Notes: a model not told the origin generated them from the sequence alone. A stretch of DNA of 56,853 nucleotides from Akkermansia muciniphila (GCA_945882065.1 CAMCWI010000001.1:1-56853), one strand, 5' to 3'. Positions 27,139 through 36,849 are shown, counted from the stretch's first letter. Numbers and translations are program-made.

Positions 27139-29751
27139 TCAGTGCTTGAAGTTGGCCGTGTCTGATTTCGCGGCTGATTCAATGTAGGCGAGCAAATCGA
27201 GTATCTCCTCCGTCGTCAGGTTGTTCAACAGTCCGGTCGGCATCGGCGACAACTTGGACGGCGTGCGGCTGGCGATGTCGGCGATGCGGACTTCTTCCAG
27301 CGATTCAGCCGAGGTCGGGTTTGGCATGACTACCAGTCTCTCAGCGTTCTCGTCTATGATTCGACCTGAAACAGATTCCCCGTCCTTTTTCACGATGTTG
27401 AAGTGAATGTATTGATCAGAGACGACCTTCGAGGGTTCGATCATGGAATCCAGAATGTCTCGAAGGGTGTACTTGCTGGAGGCAGCGGCGAGTTCCGGTC
27501 CGACCGAGCCGCCGGAATTGCCGATGCGGTGACAGACGATGCACTGGGCATCATTGTAAGCCGCCTTGCCGCTTTCAAAGTCACGACCCGATTTGACCTC
27601 TCCCAATCGCGCTTCCAAATCAGCCACGGTCCATTCCTTGACGAACTTCCGGTCCTTGGCAGGCTTCCACGGCGGCGCACCGATCCGTTCTTCGATTAAC
27701 AGCTTCAGCGCGGCCTGTTCCGGCGGACTCAGCGTGGTGATGGCATCTTTCCGGATGTTGATCATGAATTTGGGGTAACTCGCGCCATCGGCGTAATCGC
27801 GATCGGCCTCCTTGAACCATTGCAACAATTTCGCAGGGTGTCTGGCGTCAAGATTGTCCTGCTTGCGCAATTGCGTGAACCACGCGAAATACTTGCGCCG
27901 TTGATCCAGCGTCCAGCCGGTCTTCAAATTGCGAAGGTGATAAATATAGTGAGTCTGATCTTCCAGTGTCCGAGCCTTGGCCACCAGATCCAGACACTTG
28001 GCGGCGATGCCTGGGGCTTCGAGATAAATCAAAATCTGGCAAAGCTCCCGGTTCACATTATCGCTCTTCGTCGGAAACATCGCGCCGAGTTTTTCCGTGG
28101 TGATCCGCACCAGTTCGTCATCGGGACGGCCTTGACGGGAGTAACTGACCTGAATGATACGCAACTTTTCCAACTGCTGCGGCTCAGGCAGCGATTGCAG
28201 CGGGAATCTCCGCAGCGCGTGCAACAAATCGTGTTGCGTCTCCTTGCCGCCGCAACGTGCCAGAGCCATCAGAGCGGTCAAACCACCCTGCGTGTCCGAC
28301 TCCGCCAGCGCGCGCTCTTTCCACGAGGCGACCGGCTGACACTCGATGGCGACTCGCGCCGCGAAACGGATGAAGCGGTCGGAACTTTGCAGATGCGGCC
28401 AAGCAAAATCCACGGCGCGCGAATCCTCTTTGCCGTGGAACGTCTCGAGCTTTTTCCGCAGGTCGCGGGCTTTCGCGGCGGCTTTGTCAGGCTTCGGCAC
28501 GTTGCTCAATTCACGTTTCAACGCCCTGTCTCCCGTGAAACTGACACGGTACAATCCAGCCTGCGTGCCGCGACCGCCCGTGATGAAATACATCGCGCCG
28601 TCCTTGCCGAACTCAAGATCGGTCACGTTGAGCGGTTTGCCTTTCACGAAGGATTCATAATCGCCAGTGTAGGTGGCGCCCTGCTCGCGAAGATTGACCG
28701 CCAGTATCCGACCGTACGTCCAGTCCATGATAAACAGCGCCTGTTGATACTTTTTTGGAAAGTTGCTCTTCGTGCCGAACTTCACACCCGTCGGACAGCC
28801 GACACCGATGTCCACCGCCGTGGGCAGACTGTCCGGGTAATAATCCGGCCACACACCCGCGCCAGAGCGCCAGCCATAGTCGCCGCCGATGACATTGTGA
28901 GTAACGCGCGTCGGACGATACCACGGCATTCCCCAATCCCATTCCATGTCGCTGTCAAAAGTGAACATCTCGCCGTTCGCGCTGAAATCGAAATCGTAGG
29001 AGTTGCGGAAGCCGCCGTACACCAATTCCCATTTCTTGCCATCCTTGTCGGTTCGCAACACATAACCGCCGGGGGCGAGAATGCCGGTCGCGTGACCGTT
29101 ACCGTCCCACTGGCGCGGCAACACATGATCCTCTCGATAATTCCGGAGCTGTGAATTGGGCGAAACATCTTCCGGCACTTTGGTGTGGTTGCCGTTCATC
29201 ACGTAAATCATTCCATCCGGCCCTGCTGCCAACGCGTGGTACCCATGCTCGCCTTCGCCAGCAAACTTCTTGAGAAAGTGAACTTCGTTGGTGTCGAACT
29301 GGTCGTTATGGTTTTCATCAATCAGCCGATAAAGCCCCGTGCCATTCGGTCCGTGAGAATTGACGTAGAGACTGTCGTGCGCCCAACACATGCCCATGGC
29401 CTGTTTGACCTTGGCAGGAATTGTTTCCACTTTATCAACCTGCCCCGCCTTCGTGAGCGTGATGCGCAGCAACGGGCGTTCATCCTGTTGCGGCGAGATG
29501 ATCAGACGCCCTTTATTGTCCACCGTCATGGAAATCCACGAGCCTTCGTTCGTCGCGGCGGAGCGCAGGAGTTCCACCGTGAAGCCCGCAGGCACGGTGA
29601 GAGTTTCAGCGGCTGTTGCGGGTCCGGATGTCGTGACCTTTTTGGGTTTCTTCACATTCGGTTGAGCGTGCAGAGGGCAAATCCCAAGCATCAGAATGAA
29701 GGCCAGGGAAAACAGCCGGAAACAGGATGGAGTCAGTCGAGTTTTTTTCAT
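27139..29751 (-). CDS. PVC-type putative membrane-bound dehydrogenase with a beta-propeller, HEAT repeats and a C-terminal mono-heme cytochrome c domain
   Basis: ATG at 29751 gives MKKTRLTPSCFRLFSLAFILMLGICPLHA. The N-terminal FTVELLRSAATNEGSWISMTVDNKGRLIISPQ matches the Pirellula/Verrucomicrobium dehydrogenase N-domain. CIVCH is encoded at 27529-27543. The tail SLMPTGLLNNLTTEEILDLLAYI is typical of the family heme domain. Confidence 0.85.
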   Translation of the reverse strand: MKKTRLTPSCFRLFSLAFILMLGICPLHAQPNVKKPKKVTTSGPATAAETLTVPAGFTVELLRSAATNEGSWISMTVDNKGRLIISPQQDERPLLRITLTKAGQVDKVETIPAKVKQAMGMCWAHDSLYVNSHGPNGTGLYRLIDENHNDQFDTNEVHFLKKFAGEGEHGYHALAAGPDGMIYVMNGNHTKVPEDVSPNSQLRNYREDHVLPRQWDGNGHATGILAPGGYVLRTDKDGKKWELVYGGFRNSYDFDFSANGEMFTFDSDMEWDWGMPWYRPTRVTHNVIGGDYGWRSGAGVWPDYYPDSLPTAVDIGVGCPTGVKFGTKSNFPKKYQQALFIMDWTYGRILAVNLREQGATYTGDYESFVKGKPLNVTDLEFGKDGAMYFITGGRGTQAGLYRVSFTGDRALKRELSNVPKPDKAAAKARDLRKKLETFHGKEDSRAVDFAWPHLQSSDRFIRFAARVAIECQPVASWKERALAESDTQGGLTALMALARCGGKETQHDLLHALRRFPLQSLPEPQQLEKLRIIQVSYSRQGRPDDELVRITTEKLGAMFPTKSDNVNRELCQILIYLEAPGIAAKCLDLVAKARTLEDQTHYIYHLRNLKTGWTLDQRRKYFAWFTQLRKQDNLDARHPAKLLQWFKEADRDYADGASYPKFMINIRKDAITTLSPPEQAALKLLIEERIGAPPWKPAKDRKFVKEWTVADLEARLGEVKSGRDFESGKAAYNDAQCIVCHRIGNSGGSVGPELAAASSKYTLRDILDSMIEPSKVVSDQYIHFNIVKKDGESVSGRIIDENAERLVVMPNPTSAESLEEVRIADIASRTPSKLSPMPTGLLNNLTTEEILDLLAYIESAAKSDTANFKH

Positions 29752-29820
29752 TGGAGATGGGCAGACGTGTTGATCGGATGAATGATTCATTTCTAAAAGT
29801 CGGTTCTATTTTTTGATGTT

Positions 29821-30945
29821 CTATGATTCTGCTCTCACATTCCGCACCGCCGCGTCCATCGCTTTCTCGTGTCGCATGAACGACTCCATCATCTTGAACT
29901 GCACCCGAGCGCGGTCGGCGTTGTGGTTCACGCGATGAATCCTGAAATAGCGGTCGCCTTCCAAATGATCGCAAAGGAAACGGATGCCGATTTCAAAAGT
30001 AATCAACGCCGCCGAGAACGAAAGAAAATCCTTCTCGCGCGGGCTCAAAAAGTCATTAGCCGATTTCAGGTAGCCGCGCACCAGTGCTTCATACATGTCC
30101 ATACGCATCTCCACCTTTGAAAGATCCCGCTCATCCTCCGGCGTGGGCCGGCAGGCGGAGCGGCACAAATCTCCGAAGTCATGGAGCGCCAGTCCCGGCA
30201 TCACCGTATCGAGATCAATCACGCAGACGCCCTCGCCCGTCGCGTCATCAATCATCACGTTGTTCAACTTGGTGTCGTTGTGCGTCACGCGCTCGGGCAA
30301 AGCACCGGACGCCTGCTCGCGAAGCAACACATCCACCACGGACTCCTGCCGCAGCGCGAACTCAATCTCCGCCTTCACCCCGGCGGCGCGGTTGCACGGA
30401 TCTTTTTCAATCACCGCCCGCAACGCGTCGAACCGGCTACGTGTGTGATGAAAGTTGGGAATCGTTTCATTCAGTCGCGGCAGCGGCAGATCGGCCAGAT
30501 GCTTCTGGAACTCGCCGAACGCCCGGGCCGCCGCAAAAGCCTGACGCGGGTTCTCGGGTTGATCGTAGGTCGTCGCCTTCTCGATGAACAAATAACAGCG
30601 CCAGTGGTTGCCCTCCGCATCCACATGCCAGTTGCGACCACTGCGGTCCGCCACCAACGTGAGTGTGCGACGATCCAGGTCTTCCGCGTTCAGTGCTGCC
30701 AGCTTGGAACGCACATGCGCCGTGACCCGTTCCACATTTTCCATCAACGCCACCGGGTTCTTGAAAACATTGTGGTTGATGCGTTGCAGAATGTGGCGGA
30801 CCGGCCTGCCATCACGTTCGGACACGACCGCATAGGTGTCGTTGATGTGACCATTGCCATAAGGCGATGCAGAACGGTATTGCCCGGCAATCTGGAATTG
30901 CCCGGACACCGAAGGCAGATCGTGTTTGAGATTTGACTCGCTCAC
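29821..30945 (-). CDS. Aminoglycoside-phosphotransferase-fold sugar 1-kinase (NahK / N-acetylhexosamine 1-kinase-like)
   Basis: PYGNGHINDTYAV, ILQRINHNVFKNPVALMENVERVT, THNDTKLNNVM and IDLDTVMPG (catalytic and Mg loops) are present. The probable start is the GTG at 30945, two nt after the upstream TAA (30948-30950). The 481-aa track ORF would overlap the ThuA gene by about 320 nt. Confidence 0.72.
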   Translation of the reverse strand: MSESNLKHDLPSVSGQFQIAGQYRSASPYGNGHINDTYAVVSERDGRPVRHILQRINHNVFKNPVALMENVERVTAHVRSKLAALNAEDLDRRTLTLVADRSGRNWHVDAEGNHWRCYLFIEKATTYDQPENPRQAFAAARAFGEFQKHLADLPLPRLNETIPNFHHTRSRFDALRAVIEKDPCNRAAGVKAEIEFALRQESVVDVLLREQASGALPERVTHNDTKLNNVMIDDATGEGVCVIDLDTVMPGLALHDFGDLCRSACRPTPEDERDLSKVEMRMDMYEALVRGYLKSANDFLSPREKDFLSFSAALITFEIGIRFLCDHLEGDRYFRIHRVNHNADRARVQFKMMESFMRHEKAMDAAVRNVRAES

Positions 30946-30947
30946 TT

Positions 30948-31952
30948 TTACGGCGCGAGTCCCGTGGGCGGACGAACCGCCGCCTGATCCGCGGGCAAAT
31001 CCACAGCACTCAGAGGAGGGATTGTCACCTTCCCGGTTGCCGCCCATTCCGCGCCGCGAGTCAACGTGTTTTGGAAACCACGACCATGCATCGCTTTCGG
31101 ACTGTGGCCAAGAGCGGTGTGAAACACGCGCCCTTTTCCGAAGTTGATTGCCATGAGCAACGGTTCGTTCTCCTTTGTCTGAGGCGAAAATGCCGTCGCG
31201 ATCACGGTGAGATTCTTGGCCGGGCCGCGCAACTTGGAATAAAGTTCGTCGCCGGGATGCATCCACGTCAACGGCAGCCCCTTCACAATCGGATGCTCCG
31301 GGTCACGGGTTTCCATGAGGAAAGGATTTTGCGGGCCATGACTGCCGCCCGGTCCGGGCGTGTTGTCGAACACAACTTTTCCATCGCGATAACGGATCAT
31401 CGGGCCAGACTTCTCACTGCGACCGCCCCAGCCGCCCACGCCGATCATCTCATTATACTCAGGCCATTCGGGAAAGGAATTATCCGCCGCGTGAACCGGA
31501 ACGTAGCCGCCACCCTGCCGGACAAACTTCACAAAATCCGCACGCACCTCTTCCGGCCAAGCCTCGCCATTGTAATTGCCAATGATGACGTCCACCTGGT
31601 CGAACTTGGGTCGTGATTCATTCCACTTCGTGGCTTTTGATTTTTCAGATTCGGACGCATCTCTTTTCCATTTTGCCATCGCCTCGGCGTGGGCGGTTTG
31701 CTGCTCGGCCGTCAACGGGCCCTTGGGCGTTTGCGGCTGACGCGGCACGGCGGACGGAGCAGTGAAAACCTTGACGGTGAATCGTCCGGAGTCTTCCAGA
31801 ATCCACTTGAGCACCGGCGTCGTGTTTTTCCAGTCGTGATTGTTCTGTCCGTCAATGATGAGAGCGCGGAGCGGTTCAGCAGCATTGATGGCAATGCCGG
31901 TCAGCAGCAGGGCGACCGGCACGAGGAAGAATTTCTTGGCTTGGAGTTTCAT
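30948..31952 (-). CDS. Secreted ThuA-domain protein
   Basis: ATG at 31952 gives MKLQAKKFFLVPVALLLTGIAINA. LRALIIDGQNNHDW, GGGYVPVHAADNSF, GDELYSKL and HTALGH are present. Confidence 0.8.
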   Translation of the reverse strand: MKLQAKKFFLVPVALLLTGIAINAAEPLRALIIDGQNNHDWKNTTPVLKWILEDSGRFTVKVFTAPSAVPRQPQTPKGPLTAEQQTAHAEAMAKWKRDASESEKSKATKWNESRPKFDQVDVIIGNYNGEAWPEEVRADFVKFVRQGGGYVPVHAADNSFPEWPEYNEMIGVGGWGGRSEKSGPMIRYRDGKVVFDNTPGPGGSHGPQNPFLMETRDPEHPIVKGLPLTWMHPGDELYSKLRGPAKNLTVIATAFSPQTKENEPLLMAINFGKGRVFHTALGHSPKAMHGRGFQNTLTRGAEWAATGKVTIPPLSAVDLPADQAAVRPPTGLAP

Positions 31953-31980
31953 AAGTTCAGTTGTGGGTGGGGACGACGAT

Positions 31981-33435
31981 TCAGTTTGTTGAAGGAACAG
32001 ACAATTCGAAGTTTGACATGCCACCGTCGGCAGTCACTTCAACTTCCCGTTCCATTCCGGCGGAAGCGGCTTTGCGGTGGTAAGCTGCGATCTTGTATTT
32101 GCCCGGCGGCACGTCCTTGATTGTGAACGATCCGTCCCTGGCCGTGACTGCGAAATAAGGATGATCAACAACCGTCACCCAGGCGAACATCCACGGATGG
32201 ACGTCGCATTTGAATTTCAAGAAGTTTTCAGCCCTAGGAAAAGACAGGCTGAGATCGGGCGACCTCTCCATCATCCCAACGTTTCCTTCGTTGTTTCCTG
32301 TAACGATCGGCAGCGAATGAACATTGTGCATCAACGGGTCTGAATTCTTGACTGTGATCTTCTGACCGGTTTGAACCGCAAGAATCTGCGGCACGTATTG
32401 ACAGTTTTTTTGATCGAGGACAGCCGGTGCTGCGGATGCGCCTTTGGATTTGCCATCCATCCCCCTGAGCATGACTACGACGTTCGCGAGTTCGCCCTTC
32501 GCCCCAACAACCCAGTGATGTGTGGTTGGAGGCGTCGTGTGAAATTTCCCACACGACACATCAGCGACCAGCAAGTCATTAACGGATTCGGCAGGTGGAG
32601 TGCCTTTGAGTGTAACTTTGCCCGTGATCATTCCGGTTGACGTGCGTTGTGAAACTGAGGCTGTGTCTTTTCCCGATGAGGTGACTTCTGAAACTGAAGC
32701 CAGCTTGCGAACCCACACATTTCTGAAGCGCACGGGGTTGCCGTGGTCTTGGAGATAAAGCGGTCCTTTCTCGACGATTCCACGCAACGGCGACGCCGCC
32801 GTGCCTTCGCCGGTGACGGGCACGTTGTCCTGGATCAATACGCCGTTGTGAAACACCGTGAACGAACCCGCTTTCACAGTGCCGTCCACCCGCTTCTTCG
32901 GCGGATGAAAGATGATGTCGTAGGTCTGCCACTCGCCCGGCTTACGACACGCGTTTACCAGCGGTACGTGGTGACCATACATCGCGCCACACTGGCCGTT
33001 CGGGTAGGTCTTGTTCTCGTAGTTGTCAAGAATCTGAATTTCGTAGCGGCCCATCAGATAAACGCCGCTGTTGCCGCGTCCCTGATCGTTCCCTTTCACA
33101 TTGGACGGCGCGGCAAATTCAACATGCACCTGGCAGTCCGCGAATTCTTCCTTTGAAAAAATCCCGCCGGGTGGCGTGCTTTCCATCACGCCGTTGTCAA
33201 TCTTCCAACCCGGCTCGGGTTTGCGCTCGCCGCGGAACATGGAGAGGTCTTTGCCGTCAAACAGGACGATCGCATCCGATGGTGCTTTGCCCGGCGCACC
33301 AGGATCAATCACCGTCGGCTGCGGGTCTTCCTTCTTGGGCGCGGTCACCTTGTTAGTTTGCGCGGTGGCGATGGAGACTGCGGAAACGAACAACAGACAT
33401 AGTGTAAGAATTTTTTGTATCATGGAGGGAGGCAT
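31981..33435 (-). CDS. Secreted DUF1080 domain fused to a C-terminal cupredoxin/plastocyanin-like domain
   Basis: DUF1080: VLFDGKDLSMFRG...GNSGVYLMGRYEIQILD...LYLQDHGNPVRFRNVWVRKL. C-terminus: KNCQYVPQILAVQTGQKITVKNSDPLMHNVH...FKCDVHPWMFAWVTVVDHPYFAVT...GKYKIAAYH. The start is the ATG at 33435 or at 33423. Confidence 0.78.
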   Translation of the reverse strand: MPPSMIQKILTLCLLFVSAVSIATAQTNKVTAPKKEDPQPTVIDPGAPGKAPSDAIVLFDGKDLSMFRGERKPEPGWKIDNGVMESTPPGGIFSKEEFADCQVHVEFAAPSNVKGNDQGRGNSGVYLMGRYEIQILDNYENKTYPNGQCGAMYGHHVPLVNACRKPGEWQTYDIIFHPPKKRVDGTVKAGSFTVFHNGVLIQDNVPVTGEGTAASPLRGIVEKGPLYLQDHGNPVRFRNVWVRKLASVSEVTSSGKDTASVSQRTSTGMITGKVTLKGTPPAESVNDLLVADVSCGKFHTTPPTTHHWVVGAKGELANVVVMLRGMDGKSKGASAAPAVLDQKNCQYVPQILAVQTGQKITVKNSDPLMHNVHSLPIVTGNNEGNVGMMERSPDLSLSFPRAENFLKFKCDVHPWMFAWVTVVDHPYFAVTARDGSFTIKDVPPGKYKIAAYHRKAASAGMEREVEVTADGGMSNFELSVPSTN

Positions 33436-33469
33436 GGTTTGACGAGTAACGGTGGAGGTCTTCACGAAT

Positions 33470-35989
33470 TCAATTATTGCTGGTGTTTTTCTTGGGGCTG
33501 ACAGGCAGTGAAAGCTCCGCTGTAAATGCAAGACCAGGATCTCCCCGGCGCTGGAGCGTCTCGCACAGCATCCGCAGGCTCGGCTTCAATTTCTTGCTGG
33601 AGGTTTTCCCATTCACCGTGAGTTTCACCGGCTTATTGAAATCGATCAACCGCGCATCGAGGAAAATGGACGCAGAAGAAACGTTCGGTAGAGCAGTGAC
33701 CGTCAGATCATTTCCGCGACATTCCACATTGAACTTTTCGCCACGCAAGGGTTGAGGTGCGCGGAGCCAGAAGAAATCTTTGTTCACCGTATCCGTCATC
33801 ACCCAAGTCAATTCGCGGGGGACAGGGTTACGCACTGCTGGATACAATTCAGCAATACCGTCGCGGTCCGGCAATCCAGAGTGTGGATGGTCTGCGATGA
33901 TCCGAACGGTAACAGGGTATATGTCATTGCGATCTCCGCGCAACCGCTTGATTTCAGCATCGAGGTCTTTGATGCGTTTGTCTCTACCATGCGGCGTATC
34001 CTTCTCCCCGACCATCGTATTAAAAACAGTATTGCGGAGCGTGTCTGGGACTGCGCCATCAGTTAACCCTGCCGCACTGGCATGAATCCCCGCAAAGCGA
34101 TCCGCCATCTTCGGCCCCATCGCGTAAGCCCCATAGCCGCCGTGCGAATAGCCCATGATGAAAACCTTGTTCGGATCAACGTCGCCGAAAAGCAGAAACT
34201 GTTTTACGAGATTCGCCATCAACGGATAGGCATAGCCTGTGTAGAATCCGTTCCAAGTGTTGTCCGGCGCACGCAGCGCGACATAGATGTAACCACCCTT
34301 TTCTGGATGATCGCGGTAATAGGTCTGCATACGCTTCCACTGGCTGTCATTGAATTCTTGTGTTGTGCCACCGCCGCCATGCATCGCTATGAACAACGCC
34401 CAGCCTTTTGTCGGACGAGAACCAACGGTCTTGACCGTGTAAGGACTCACGTGATCTTCAAACCGCACTTTATTCTCGCCAAAACTCCGACGCATACCTA
34501 CGTGGTTTGTAGAAGCTTGAAAGACTTCCCATGCAATCTGACGGACGGCTGGTTCGTTATCGCGAAGCAGCTTTTCCTGCGATGAAGAAAACTTCCACGC
34601 AACCTGTTTGTCAGCGCTGGAATTGAAGAATTCAACGAAGACAGCTTGGAGTTTCGATTCGTCTTTGGGTGCGAGCGCTTTCGCGACCTCTGGCGGGGCG
34701 TAACACACCTGCGATATCGGCCTTGTATCTGGCACACCCGTCATGAACATCTTCAACAGGTCTTCTCCCTCGGCACCTGTCGTGTAATATTGTCGATGTT
34801 TTTTGCCGTCCACCTCTGATTCGATGACGTATGTCCGGCCAGTAGACAGTTCGAACGAAAGATGAAAATTAATGTCTGCAGTCGAGTCTTTGCTCTGGCC
34901 CTCCATTTTGAAAGCCGGATTCGCAGGATCGGTCACCGTGACTTTCGCAACAACGCGATCTCCGACGGGACGATCAAAAACTTCGACGTTCAACTTGAAC
35001 TTGGCCTTATCCACAGGTTTCGTCCTGCCCGCGTAGCGATCCGTCACGTTCACCGCGCTGACGTAATCAACCCCGCGCGCCCAGATCATCGGGAAACTAA
35101 GACCCGTCTTTTTGAAACTGCTCGCGTAGATGGCATGCTCCGGCGCGTCCTTCACCGCCTGCGATGCGTTGCCGACAAACCAACCGCGATTCAACCCCTT
35201 CGCGTCGGCCTCCGCCGCGCCCGCAAAAAACCAGTCGCCGTCCCAAATCTCAACCCACGTATGATTCCCGCTCTTGTTTATCCAAAGCGGCGTGCCGACG
35301 ACACGCGCGGGAATACCCACAGAGCGACACGCGTCCACGAGCAGGATGGACAAGCCGGTGCAGGTCGCGACCTTGGTGTCCATCGTTTCAAATGGCCCCT
35401 GATCCGGCACGCGTCGTTTCTTGGAATACTTCACGCCGAGTTGTTTGAACAGTTTCTGGTTGATGACCTGCGCGGCTTCGGCGCTCGTCTTGCAATCCTT
35501 GACGAGCGGTGCGCAGAGATCATGAAGTCGTTTACGCCAATTATCGCGTTGCTCGTTCACGCTCGCATAGGGCAAAACGTCGTTTATGAAAATATCTTCT
35601 GGAATTTTTTTACCCCAGGGAAAAACCTCTGCCGCCGCGTAGGTAAGGGAAACATTCTCTCGAAGGAAACTGGCTGAGAGCGTTTCAAGATCCGGCTGAG
35701 GCATGTTTTCGACGAGGAACTTCATGCCCGCACGCTGTCCGGCGGGCGTTTCTCTGAGAGCTGCGACTAATTCTGATTGGTTCGTCCCACCTTTTTTGAT
35801 GGCGTCCTCAATCGCATCCGGCCACCAGCGATCAACCGATGCTTGCTGGGCAATTGAAGAAGCGGCGATGAAAATTGATAGCAAAACAGTCAGGGTCACC
35901 AACGGCAGCTTGGGTAAAAGAGAGCTTTGATTTGGAATGTTTAGATTTCGCATGTTTTTAATTGAGGATTTGAGAATAGATTTCTCCAT
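33470..35989 (-). CDS. Secreted fusion of a transglutaminase-like cysteine-protease-fold domain and a C-terminal alpha/beta-hydrolase (esterase) domain
   Basis: Transglutaminase core: VATCTGLSILLVDACRSVGIPARVVG...GNHTWVEIWDGDWFF (Cys/His/Asp). Hydrolase: FIAMHGGGG...VFIMGYSHGGYGAY (GxSxG nucleophile elbow). The N-terminus is signal-like or a TM segment. The start is the ATG at 35989 or at 35953. Confidence 0.78.
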   Translation of the reverse strand: MEKSILKSSIKNMRNLNIPNQSSLLPKLPLVTLTVLLSIFIAASSIAQQASVDRWWPDAIEDAIKKGGTNQSELVAALRETPAGQRAGMKFLVENMPQPDLETLSASFLRENVSLTYAAAEVFPWGKKIPEDIFINDVLPYASVNEQRDNWRKRLHDLCAPLVKDCKTSAEAAQVINQKLFKQLGVKYSKKRRVPDQGPFETMDTKVATCTGLSILLVDACRSVGIPARVVGTPLWINKSGNHTWVEIWDGDWFFAGAAEADAKGLNRGWFVGNASQAVKDAPEHAIYASSFKKTGLSFPMIWARGVDYVSAVNVTDRYAGRTKPVDKAKFKLNVEVFDRPVGDRVVAKVTVTDPANPAFKMEGQSKDSTADINFHLSFELSTGRTYVIESEVDGKKHRQYYTTGAEGEDLLKMFMTGVPDTRPISQVCYAPPEVAKALAPKDESKLQAVFVEFFNSSADKQVAWKFSSSQEKLLRDNEPAVRQIAWEVFQASTNHVGMRRSFGENKVRFEDHVSPYTVKTVGSRPTKGWALFIAMHGGGGTTQEFNDSQWKRMQTYYRDHPEKGGYIYVALRAPDNTWNGFYTGYAYPLMANLVKQFLLFGDVDPNKVFIMGYSHGGYGAYAMGPKMADRFAGIHASAAGLTDGAVPDTLRNTVFNTMVGEKDTPHGRDKRIKDLDAEIKRLRGDRNDIYPVTVRIIADHPHSGLPDRDGIAELYPAVRNPVPRELTWVMTDTVNKDFFWLRAPQPLRGEKFNVECRGNDLTVTALPNVSSASIFLDARLIDFNKPVKLTVNGKTSSKKLKPSLRMLCETLQRRGDPGLAFTAELSLPVSPKKNTSNN

Positions 35990-36036
35990 TTTAAAATTCG
36001 AGCAGGCAAGACGTCAAACCTTTGAAGTAAATTCAA

Positions 36037-36849
36037 TCACGGGTCAATTATTGCTTCTTGCGCCGCGTTGACTGTCCATCCGTTTAGGTTGCGAGGCTCA
36101 TTGTCGTTGTTCCACCGGCGCACCCACAGTTGGCTAGTTGGGTTGATGACATCCTTCCTCTTGGGCGTCTCAGCATGCCCATCGGCAAACATGATGCAGG
36201 TGCGACCTCCGTGCCGGTTGGATGGCCATTCCGAAGGTGTAGTCGGATCAATGTTTCCATCAAACGATCCATCTGGTTTGCTATCGGCAACCATGATCAT
36301 GTCCGACGGCTTCTTGACCTCCGAGTCCTTGATCTCCGGGAAGACATCAATATCCCCGCCCAAACCATACCTGCCCCCAGCCCCGAAAGGCCCCCAATCG
36401 TTGAAGCCATATGAAAACCGCGAAGTATGTTGAATCCAAAAAGCATCGTAACTCGCTCGAGATCCGTATCCCAAAGTATTGTTCAAGTTGGTATCCCAAG
36501 CACTATTTTGGTTTGCTGCTGGACACCAAAACGCTTTGCGATTGTTTCCCATATAAGTTAATAGCCGCGGAGGCCATACGTACTTGAACGTTCCAAGTCC
36601 TAGCCCTCCCGGCGTGAAAAGACACCCGGGATACTTCTGGTGATCTCCGACATACATCACCGTAGCAACCCCCATTTGACGCAGATTGTTCATAGATGCC
36701 GTCCGCTTAGCCTTCTCCTTAGCTTTGCTCAACGCCGGCAGCAACATCGCCGCTAGAATGGCGATAATGGCAATCACGACTAATAGCTCAATCAGTGTGA
36801 AAGCACTTAATCGATTACGTTTGCTAAAAATTGTTTTATTACAAGTCAT
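36037..36849 (-). CDS. Prepilin-type N-terminal cleavage/methylation-domain protein of the H-X9-DG class
   Basis: ATG at 36849 gives [49 protein letters not shown]. The C-terminal [17 protein letters not shown] is the H-X9-DG motif. Confidence 0.9.
   Translation of the reverse strand: MTCNKTIFSKRNRLSAFTLIELLVVIAIIAILAAMLLPALSKAKEKAKRTASMNNLRQMGVATVMYVGDHQKYPGCLFTPGGLGLGTFKYVWPPRLLTYMGNNRKAFWCPAANQNSAWDTNLNNTLGYGSRASYDAFWIQHTSRFSYGFNDWGPFGAGGRYGLGGDIDVFPEIKDSEVKKPSDMIMVADSKPDGSFDGNIDPTTPSEWPSNRHGGRTCIMFADGHAETPKRKDVINPTSQLWVRRWNNDNEPRNLNGWTVNAAQEAIIDP

Noticed and set aside
27820-29154. A 444-aa plus-strand ORF. It is one of many long antisense ORFs, including 25780-26979 (399 aa), 4367-5377 (336 aa), 10601-11482 (293 aa), 34862-35677, 24748-25557, 20434-21222 and 30181-30936.
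   Set aside because: Each lies entirely antisense to an ORF with clear family motifs. Their products are Arg/His/Pro-rich and low-complexity and carry no recognisable motif. They are shadow ORFs expected in GC-rich coding DNA.
29821-31266. Full 481-aa extent of the kinase ORF
   Set aside because: The first ~107 codons overlap the C-terminal part of the ThuA gene in another frame and encode Arg/Ser/Gly-rich filler. Kinase homology begins right after the GTG at 30945.
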